A stretch of DNA of 39,779 nt, taken from positions 1 to 39,779 of the forward strand of contig CAYXHX010000002.1 of NCBI GenBank assembly GCA_964464835.1, read 5' to 3'. The translations under genes and the position numbers were made by a program. The notes beneath the pieces are model-generated. The model worked only from the letters and a program-made list of their open reading frames with translations, did no database searches and was not told where the DNA came from. Shown piece after piece: positions 6,273 through 13,755 of this stretch; within the stretch, counting starts at the first letter, position 1; every line of letters begins with the position of its first letter. The DNA comes from an uncultured Chitinophagaceae bacterium. Lineage in GTDB: Bacteria; Bacteroidota; Bacteroidia; Chitinophagales; Chitinophagaceae.

Positions 6273-6549
6273 TTTTACTTTCTTTTAAAAGTTCGTCCAA
6301 ATTCATCTGTTCCTTTTTTGTACCGAAAATCTCAATATGAGTTTGCAATTGTCCATCTAAATGATTCAAATTCGACTTCAGTTCCTCAATCTTCACTTCA
6401 TTGCGAATTACTCTTGCATTTACATCATCAATCAGCTTTATTTTATCTTCTATATCAGACAATTTTGCCTTTAATAAAAAAGTCGTTAACACTACTAAAA
6501 TTGGTGTTAACCATGAACGAACCTCTTTTATTGTATCAACCGCCATCAC
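6262..6549 (-). CDS. Single N-terminal TM plus coiled-coil protein (i-spanin-like or holin-like)
   Basis: WLTPILVVLTTFLL is followed by a heptad-rich segment LSDIEDKIKLIDDVNARVIRNEVKIEELKSNL. Confidence 0.4.
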   Translation of the reverse strand: MMAVDTIKEVRSWLTPILVVLTTFLLKAKLSDIEDKIKLIDDVNARVIRNEVKIEELKSNLNHLDGQLQTHIEIFGTKKEQMNLDELLKESKNGK

Positions 6550-6554
6550 TGTTT

Positions 6555-7934
6555 TTACTTTAAAAAATTAGCAAATGCAAGTCCTAAATTGTTTAATTCT
6601 GTTCCGTCATTAAGCGGGTCAACCTTTCCGTTGTCACTTGTAAAGCTGCTCCAACATAATTCTTTAATCCCCGATTTTTGAAAGTCTTTGAGTACACTTG
6701 TAACCAGTCCAGGCTGTGCGTTTAAAATGCCAACCTCGTTACTAATAACATCTTTCCCTGTTACTTTTTTAAGATATTCTACAATATAGTCTAATGCGCC
6801 CGGTGTTGCAAATTGAGTATCGTTTTCAAACCAATTAAACATTCCTACTCTTTCTATGAGCGGCTCGTACCAATGCAGGTTTACAACGTCAACCAACACT
6901 TTATAATTCTGCAATAAATATTTTGTGTCGGCAATTCTCTGCTCGGTGTCTTTATCACCTCCATACTTTGCAATCTTCCTGGTTTGCTTATCCATGCAAT
7001 TGTCGTAAAAATCGTTTGCTGCAACAATCCGACTTTCTTCTACTAAATTTCGGTAAGTCAATATTTGCACTTGCGGGTTTACAAGCCCTCCATTTGTAAC
7101 ACGTACACCAAACTTTTCAGCAATTTTTTTAGCAACACTCAATTCATAAATATATTCCTCTGCTGTACCGGAATGGAATAATCTTACAGTTTCTTCATTC
7201 TCGATTACAAGCAATGCAATTGCATCTTTATATTTTGCAAGAATTTCTGATAGTATTTTTTCATACTCCCCCGATTCGTTTAATGATAAAAAGGGTTGTG
7301 GAACCCGAATACCTTCGCTGCTGCGAATTGTTTTCCAGTTTACATTTAAGTAAACTTTTAAACCTGCCGCTTGCACTTGTTCTATACCTGTATTCCTGCC
7401 TGTCCAAGAATCCATATTTAAACCAAGTCTAACTGCTGTGCAGCCTAATTTTTTTGCAAGTGTAATCGTATCTTTCGGGCTTAATTCCCCTGCTGTAAAC
7501 ACTCCATATACATTTTGTTTTTTCTCGCAAATAGTATCGGGCGTTTCAGCTACGAAAGGAGAAATAACTGTTACTACTTTATTTGCTTCAATAGATAATT
7601 TAGTACCTGCATCAATCGGTATTACTGCTTCATTAAATAGTTTAATAAAAGACAAAAAGGTATTGTTTATTGCACTCTCAACTGCGCTTCCTGCTACAAT
7701 GCCGATACTGATTAATTGCGAATACAATACTCTTTTTTCGCTATCCAAAAAAACCATTACCGATTCAGTACGCAATGTTCCTGCTGCATAGCCTTTTACA
7801 TAGTTTATAAAACGTGCATTAGCTGCTGCAATGTAAGAATAAACAAGGCTTGTTTCATCTCCAAATAGATTAACGCCTGCACTTTTCAAAGCTGCGATTA
7901 ATTCGTTTTTTACTTCATCAAGATTAATAGTCAT
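6555..7934 (-). CDS. Clan GH-A (GH5-like) glycoside hydrolase with an N-terminal domain of about 140 aa
   Basis: LLVIENEE (beta-4 N-E acid/base), NLHWY (H.Y) and VISNEVG (beta-7 nucleophile Glu), with a late Trp (CWSSF). These occur in the order typical of GH5 TIM barrels. Confidence 0.55.
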   Translation of the reverse strand: MTINLDEVKNELIAALKSAGVNLFGDETSLVYSYIAAANARFINYVKGYAAGTLRTESVMVFLDSEKRVLYSQLISIGIVAGSAVESAINNTFLSFIKLFNEAVIPIDAGTKLSIEANKVVTVISPFVAETPDTICEKKQNVYGVFTAGELSPKDTITLAKKLGCTAVRLGLNMDSWTGRNTGIEQVQAAGLKVYLNVNWKTIRSSEGIRVPQPFLSLNESGEYEKILSEILAKYKDAIALLVIENEETVRLFHSGTAEEYIYELSVAKKIAEKFGVRVTNGGLVNPQVQILTYRNLVEESRIVAANDFYDNCMDKQTRKIAKYGGDKDTEQRIADTKYLLQNYKVLVDVVNLHWYEPLIERVGMFNWFENDTQFATPGALDYIVEYLKKVTGKDVISNEVGILNAQPGLVTSVLKDFQKSGIKELCWSSFTSDNGKVDPLNDGTELNNLGLAFANFLK

Positions 7935-7939
7935 ATAAT

Positions 7940-8245
7940 TTATTTTAAATAATTATCGCAAAGCCATTCAACAAAATCATCAATATCATTTACATCAATT
8001 CTTTCTCCTTCTACAAGAAAATATTTATCAACTCTATCATAAAGCCACCATTGGAGTGTGTCCAATACTTCATCGAATACCTGTTCATCATTGCTTAATA
8101 AATGTGCAATGCCCTCCTCAATAACACTTATATATTGTTCATCATATTCTAAAAGGTTTACGCCATGCTTATTAAGCGCATCCCTTTTTTCAGCTTGTTT
8201 CTTTAAAAGCTGCAATGACTTAATTATATAATCCTTTTTCATCAA
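7940..8245 (-). CDS. Acidic hypothetical protein
   Basis: 101-aa D/E-rich ORF whose ATG overlaps the upstream stop as ATGA. Confidence 0.55.
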   Translation of the reverse strand: MMKKDYIIKSLQLLKKQAEKRDALNKHGVNLLEYDEQYISVIEEGIAHLLSNDEQVFDEVLDTLQWWLYDRVDKYFLVEGERIDVNDIDDFVEWLCDNYLK

Positions 8246-8394
8246 TTCTTAATATTAAATTGTCCTAAAGAAAACAATAACATAGCAGCCCTTTTCGTTG
8301 CTGCCTGTGTCATCAATTCCTTTCCTTCCATGTATGCTATCCAAAGCCCATTTTTGCGTTTAATAGCTTTAATTTTCTGAATTGTTTTTTTCAT
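8242..8394 (-). CDS. Small hypothetical protein (50 aa, below the ORF-track size cutoff)
   Basis: My own translation is MKKTIQKIKAIKRKNGLWIAYMEGKELMTQAATKRAAMLLFSLGQFNIKN. It fills the gap between flanking genes, with an ATGA overlap downstream. Confidence 0.35.
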   Translation of the reverse strand: MKKTIQKIKAIKRKNGLWIAYMEGKELMTQAATKRAAMLLFSLGQFNIKN

Positions 8395-8635
8395 GTTTAT
8401 TCAAATTTTCGATTAACATTTTACAACGTTTGGCTGTTTCATAGTCTTCTATTTCAACCGATTTTTCAAGAATACTATTCAGGCAATATTTCATCACTAC
8501 ACTATTTTCCTTTTCGTTATTACTGATTCTTTCCTTGTACTTTTTCAACAACACATCCTGCATTGTTGATTTTACAACAAATAAAACGGCAATAAATGTT
8601 ATCAAACTAAGAAATACTATACCTTCTACTGTCAT
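8369..8635 (-). CDS. N-terminally anchored membrane protein
   Basis: Hydrophobic IVFLSLITFIAVLFVV is followed by a charged soluble region. Confidence 0.5.
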   Translation of the reverse strand: MTVEGIVFLSLITFIAVLFVVKSTMQDVLLKKYKERISNNEKENSVVMKYCLNSILEKSVEIEDYETAKRCKMLIENLNKHEKNNSEN

Positions 8636-8641
8636 GATTTT

Positions 8642-8839
8642 TTATTTTGCAAACCTGCAACCGGTTTTTAAAAATTCATTATACACTTCATCAAACGTAT
8701 ATTCTCCATCCTTGTCTGTGAACACTAATCCCCCTTTGTTTACTTCTGATTCATTAAACACTACATATTTTTCATTTACGAAAAGCATAAAATCTCTTGC
8801 TGCTTTTTTCATTTTTTCGTGCACGTAATCTAAGTCCAT
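8642..8839 (-). CDS. Hypothetical protein
   Basis: 65-aa ORF, tightly packed. Confidence 0.45.
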   Translation of the reverse strand: MDLDYVHEKMKKAARDFMLFVNEKYVVFNESEVNKGGLVFTDKDGEYTFDEVYNEFLKTGCRFAK

Positions 8840-8840
8840 T

Positions 8841-9251
8841 TTATTTATTTTTTAAACTGTTTTCGGAAACCAATAATGAATTTATACTCGCATTAAACAA
8901 ATCCTTAAACCTGGCAGCTTCATCGGCTGTAAGTGTAATACTTTTTGCATGATAGCCGTACCAGTTTTGAAACACGCTGTTAACCGATTCAGCTTGTTTT
9001 GCAAGCCACTTCCCATTTGCTCTCTGTAATTCTAAAGCATAAATGTTTTTTACTTTCACATCTAACAACTCATACCCTGCTTTGTATGTGTCGAAATTTT
9101 TATCCGTGTTTTGAATAATTGCAGTAGCCAAACTGTCTGCATATTCCTGTGTGCTTTTTATTTCTAAAACAACGGTCGAATTATAGGACGGCATGAAGTT
9201 TAGAACGCTGCAACTTGTAAAGATTAGAGAAAGTAATAATAGTTTTTTCAT
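8841..9251 (-). CDS. Lipoprotein
   Basis: MKKLLLLSLIFTSC is a signal peptide with a lipobox-like FTSC. The gene lies immediately downstream of the tailspike gene. Confidence 0.55.
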   Translation of the reverse strand: MKKLLLLSLIFTSCSVLNFMPSYNSTVVLEIKSTQEYADSLATAIIQNTDKNFDTYKAGYELLDVKVKNIYALELQRANGKWLAKQAESVNSVFQNWYGYHAKSITLTADEAARFKDLFNASINSLLVSENSLKNK

Positions 9252-9256
9252 TGTAA

Positions 9257-11749
9257 TTAATTTGCTGAAATATAATTTAATTGAAACTGTAACGTCTTAG
9301 CATTTGTCGAACCCATATTAACATGAAATTTAAATCCTGATACCGTTTTCTTTAATGCAGCCACTCCGCTTGAAGCCGATTCATTTCCTGTTGTCGTGTT
9401 GATTTTTGCAAAACTCAAATACATATTAGCATTGTTCGTGTTGAACCCTGCCGGTACAAACGGCAACGGCAAATCGGAAGGGAATACTAAATCTACATTC
9501 AAGTTGCCTGTGCCACCGGTTGTGTAATAGATATAAAACCATACGCTTACATTCCTTCCTGTTTTAACCCAACTATACTTTGCTGTACGTGTTCCTGAAG
9601 GTGCTGTACCATCAAGCCATGTGTCATTGCCTGATGCATAATCTTGTTCAACAACCGATGTGCTACCCATCTCATTCCATGCGCTATTTGTATAACCATA
9701 AAACTTTTTAGTAGTGCTGTCGAAATAGGTCATTCCCATAGTCGGATTTGCCGGTGCTGCTGCGGAAGGTGTGTATTGCTGCCATGAACCTGTTTTGGAA
9801 GATTTAAATACGTTGTTTAAATTCACTTTCTCATAGAAAGCATCCATTTTATTCAGGTCTGTTTTCGGGGCGAAAATATTCATCAATGTTCCGCTATCAC
9901 AACCCCTTACACGAAACGTATTGCCATCAGGGATAATAATGTTTCTAAAAATAGTATTCCCTGCATAGTACAAGTCCACCGAAGGATGCCCCGCTGAATT
10001 TCTTATGCTACCTTTAAAAGTAATATTTTGGAATACATTATTGAGTTCCATCGTATTACCCGGAATCCCCTGGTAATCTATCCATTGCCCGATTGTGTCA
10101 AGTGTAACTGTAATGTCAGAAATAATATTATCGTGCGCTACATAAGCCGTATCATCGCCCCAATTGAAAACAGAATTTACACCCGATGGGCTTGTGGAAG
10201 TATCATTGTATAATGGCACATTGAAGTTCCAATTATATATCTTGTTGTTATGCGCTCCACGACCTATTTTAAAGAAGTCTAACCTTTCATTTGTACCATT
10301 CACATTTATATTATAAAAAACGTTGTGGTGAAAATCATCATCAAAATAAACAAAACTTCTTTCGCCTGTTGTATCTTCATAATTTGATGGGTAGTATATC
10401 CAATTCACATCATGCACCGTATTATTCGTGCTTCCAAAACCAAAGTCAAAAACCTTCTTTGTAGAAACAATTTTTAAGTTACTTATATCACAATAGTTGA
10501 AAATATTTCCTCCAAAAGTTCCGAAACTTTTTAGTGTTAAGTTTTGGAATTTGCTTTCATAGGTTGCGCCATAGCCGATAACATTGACAGGAATTTTTGT
10601 TTGGTCGTATGGTAAATTATCAACCATATTATAATCTGCTTGCGAAAGATATAAGTCATGCAGGTAAACATTCTTCGTACACCTATCTACGCCTAATGCA
10701 CCGTGAGAAGTTAGCCCGCTGTTTACGTCTAAAATGCGTGGGTATGTGCTGTCAATTCCTGAACTCCCGGACGAAATCCCCCCTGCGAAAAAATCTTCTT
10801 GCAAGTCATGTTTAAAAACAATTGTATCGCCTTTAATCCGCCAAATCTCTTCCATCACAGTTTCACTCGCTCGCCACAATAGTTTGTTAGGTAATTTATA
10901 TCGCTTCCTTGCTGCGATTATCACAACCTTGCCCGGATAAAGTGTTGCTGTATCTGCTGCATTGTACAACTTCACCCAGTTGCCGCCTCTTGCTTGAGGA
11001 TAAAACGGAAATTGCGGGGCTTTATAAATGCCGTTTACGTTGCTTGGGTCATACGTTCCTGTATAGAATATCACGCCTTTCTGAATAGTGGGTGAAAACT
11101 GTGGGTCAACGTTCCTTATCTCGCTCGCATCACCATCACCATACACTTCAAAATTATCTGTCAACATTAACCCTTCACCACGAAACCCATAGAACTTTTT
11201 TGTTCCGGGAACATATAAAGACTTTGCTCCGGGCAAAGAATCTAAAAACCTTACTGCGTTCCTCAATGCTGTACTATCCTGTTTAAAGGATTCCATCCCA
11301 TTGCCCAAAGCACCAAACCATTTTAGATTGTAAGATTTTGCATTGCTCACATCACGCACATAAGCCTTTGTACTGCCGACCGGAATCACCATGCCGGGAA
11401 CTGCTGCTGCGCCTATTGTGTCAATTAAAATAAATCTTCCACCTGCTCCATCATTGGCATTATAATATCCTTTTACAAGGTATTCTGCTTGCAATAGTGG
11501 GCTTTCGGCAGGAGAAAGAGCAATGGTATTCAAGTCGGACATTGTATTAACCACTTTCGATACAAACCCTGTCTGTCCTCCTCCTATGTTGTAGAGGAAG
11601 CCTGAAACGGCTCTGGTGGAATTTTCTATTACTAATTCAGTAGTGCCGCTTCCCCTTGCCTTTAACTTTACTGTATCACCGTAGATTTGGGTGGTTTGGC
11701 TATTTGCAACACTAACCCATAAAAAAATAATAAATAATATGTATTTCAT
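9257..11749 (-). CDS. Tailspike/depolymerase with a pectate-lyase-like beta-helix and C-terminal fibre-type domain, with a Sec-like N-terminus
   Basis: NLKWFGALGNGMESFKQDSTALRNAVRFL matches the GA.GDG..DdT.A...A signature of the Pectate_lyase_3 family. A long N/G/T-rich repetitive core follows. GMTYFDSTTKKFYGYTNSAWNEM is a tail-fibre-type motif. The N-terminus MKYILFIIFLWVSVANS-Q looks like a signal peptide. Confidence 0.65.
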   Translation of the reverse strand: MKYILFIIFLWVSVANSQTTQIYGDTVKLKARGSGTTELVIENSTRAVSGFLYNIGGGQTGFVSKVVNTMSDLNTIALSPAESPLLQAEYLVKGYYNANDGAGGRFILIDTIGAAAVPGMVIPVGSTKAYVRDVSNAKSYNLKWFGALGNGMESFKQDSTALRNAVRFLDSLPGAKSLYVPGTKKFYGFRGEGLMLTDNFEVYGDGDASEIRNVDPQFSPTIQKGVIFYTGTYDPSNVNGIYKAPQFPFYPQARGGNWVKLYNAADTATLYPGKVVIIAARKRYKLPNKLLWRASETVMEEIWRIKGDTIVFKHDLQEDFFAGGISSGSSGIDSTYPRILDVNSGLTSHGALGVDRCTKNVYLHDLYLSQADYNMVDNLPYDQTKIPVNVIGYGATYESKFQNLTLKSFGTFGGNIFNYCDISNLKIVSTKKVFDFGFGSTNNTVHDVNWIYYPSNYEDTTGERSFVYFDDDFHHNVFYNINVNGTNERLDFFKIGRGAHNNKIYNWNFNVPLYNDTSTSPSGVNSVFNWGDDTAYVAHDNIISDITVTLDTIGQWIDYQGIPGNTMELNNVFQNITFKGSIRNSAGHPSVDLYYAGNTIFRNIIIPDGNTFRVRGCDSGTLMNIFAPKTDLNKMDAFYEKVNLNNVFKSSKTGSWQQYTPSAAAPANPTMGMTYFDSTTKKFYGYTNSAWNEMGSTSVVEQDYASGNDTWLDGTAPSGTRTAKYSWVKTGRNVSVWFYIYYTTGGTGNLNVDLVFPSDLPLPFVPAGFNTNNANMYLSFAKINTTTGNESASSGVAALKKTVSGFKFHVNMGSTNAKTLQFQLNYISAN

Positions 11750-11754
11750 AATCT

Positions 11755-12561
11755 TTATGCTATTGTTATATAACCAGGCGTTCCCGGTAAATAAAAAATA
11801 AATTGTTTTGTCGGCCCACTTGAATCAACATATACAGAAGTTGTAACTAAATCGGCAACAGTTGTACTGCCGGGCCTATAAACCCAAACTTCAAAAACTG
11901 GTTCCTGTCCGAAATTAGCCTCTCGGGATGAAGTTAAATCAACAATCATATTTAATTCATTCGTAAATGCAATGCGTTCTTTTTTGTTTACGCAACATTC
12001 TTCTCCACCACTTTCATTTGCAACTTCACCGGCACTACTTCCATCATAATATCTGTCAGGTGATTGTATATTTTCCCAAACAAATGTTCCTGTATATAAT
12101 TCTATTGAATCTGCACCTCTCGCCAATATTGGGCGAATTTTTAAAATGCCTGTTATTCCATTATTTCCACCCCACCGAACGCCGGATGCAGTTTTAAACC
12201 ACACTTTCACTTTTGCGCCAAGTATTGTTTCCGTACTTTTTGCGAAGTCGTAATTTTCGCTTGTGCTTTCATCAATATCAAAGTTTAATTGCCTGGCCGT
12301 TTTAATTTCCGCGCTCCTATTGCCGGATATTGTCTTTAAAGATGCGTTTGGCAGTGGCATATCGGCAATGACGGTTAATTTACGTATATCATTAATCCCT
12401 GCGCCAGTATTATTTATTCGGGTATTCCATTCCGCTATACTATGCCAATCGGTAAATGGTGCTGCATCAACATTCGCCACATATATATTTTGTATTTCAC
12501 TTAAATTAATAAGCGGCAAACAGTCATTAAATGAAACAATTGGTACTGTATAACAACTCAT
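11755..12561 (-). CDS. Tail-tip protein, paralogue B of the 16030..16614 product
   Basis: Shares FNDC.P, EW..R, IRKLTVIADMP, ISGNR, NFDIDES..NYDF..TE, GGNNGITG, RGADSIELYTGTFVWE and SPDR with the 194-aa protein. It carries an extra C-terminal extension of about 90 aa. Confidence 0.55.
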   Translation of the reverse strand: MSCYTVPIVSFNDCLPLINLSEIQNIYVANVDAAPFTDWHSIAEWNTRINNTGAGINDIRKLTVIADMPLPNASLKTISGNRSAEIKTARQLNFDIDESTSENYDFAKSTETILGAKVKVWFKTASGVRWGGNNGITGILKIRPILARGADSIELYTGTFVWENIQSPDRYYDGSSAGEVANESGGEECCVNKKERIAFTNELNMIVDLTSSREANFGQEPVFEVWVYRPGSTTVADLVTTSVYVDSSGPTKQFIFYLPGTPGYITIA

Positions 12562-12576
12562 AAAATCAAAATTAAT

Positions 12577-13755
12577 TTATATAACAATATAAAATACACT
12601 CGGCTCAATAAAATATATCCAAACAGAATCATGCCAGTCATTAGGAGCTGTTCCGGTATATGCAATAACATCACCACTCAATTCAGTATTAGTCAATACA
12701 ACTGTACTACTTCCGTTTTGCGTTACAGGTATCAATTGTATAGGGTCTGAAGTCCCATAAGGCGATCCCGGTACTGGAATAAAATAATTTTGTCTTTGCT
12801 TTTGAATATTAAAATTAAAATTGAAAATCGGCAAAGGGATTGTCCCCGCTGCATCTGCAAAACATTCAACTGTTATATTTGTATATTTCATGTTTTCAAA
12901 AACATCCATATCCGCACCTGATACACCTGTGCTTTGAGATAATTTTAAATAGAATTTTTCCAAAGAAACATTACTGCAACACGCTGTACGAATATAATCA
13001 CCCGGCAACGCAAATTCTACTTTTGAATTTCCGCAATAATGTTCCCCATAATCATTTGTTACTTTTAAAGAATTTATCTGTACAACATCATTCCCCTCTG
13101 TTATCCAAATATTATCATGTATAGATGCAAGGACGATTGAATCCAAAAGATAATCCGGGCCAAAGAACTCGATTTTATGTTTTTGCAACACTCTTTGAAA
13201 TGTCGGTAAAAACACTTCATTTCCATTCTCCTCTCCTTCTTCGGTTATTTCAGCAGGGATAACCTCTGTATATGTATCTAAATAAATTTTATTTTTAAAG
13301 CCTGTTGAATAAAGTATCGGGCTAATATCACACCCATTCCACCATTCGAGTTTTATGTAATTGATTAATTCAGCATCAGGGATTATTTTAAACGTTTCGC
13401 TATAAAATGTATAAGTTCCTTTAACTATCTTCATGTAATAACAACCACTCAAAAGCCCGGTAATAGCATTCCCTTTATACAGCAAATATTCATCTGTTAG
13501 CGTGTGCCTAATTTCAACTAAATTAATAAATGCCGAAAGGTCAAGCGCAAGTGTACCATCCAAATTATACAACTTCCATTCGGTAATACTTTCCGTATTG
13601 CTTACAAATGCTTTTTTAATTTGAAACGGCAAAAATGAAGTGTTCCCACAAATCAAAAGAAATGGCAGCTTCGATAAGTTCTGCGCACGGTATCTATATT
13701 GCTTATCAATATCATTGTACCAAACAAACGGCAAATTTAATTCTGTCTTTAACAT
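12577..13755 (-). CDS. Tail-tip/baseplate protein with the shared C-terminal YTGTAP.DW domain
   Basis: The C-terminus ...FADAAGTIP...FIPVPGSP...DVIAYTGTAPNDWHDSVW...PSVFYIVI is paralogous to the C-terminus of the 731-aa protein. Confidence 0.55.
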   Translation of the reverse strand: MLKTELNLPFVWYNDIDKQYRYRAQNLSKLPFLLICGNTSFLPFQIKKAFVSNTESITEWKLYNLDGTLALDLSAFINLVEIRHTLTDEYLLYKGNAITGLLSGCYYMKIVKGTYTFYSETFKIIPDAELINYIKLEWWNGCDISPILYSTGFKNKIYLDTYTEVIPAEITEEGEENGNEVFLPTFQRVLQKHKIEFFGPDYLLDSIVLASIHDNIWITEGNDVVQINSLKVTNDYGEHYCGNSKVEFALPGDYIRTACCSNVSLEKFYLKLSQSTGVSGADMDVFENMKYTNITVECFADAAGTIPLPIFNFNFNIQKQRQNYFIPVPGSPYGTSDPIQLIPVTQNGSSTVVLTNTELSGDVIAYTGTAPNDWHDSVWIYFIEPSVFYIVI

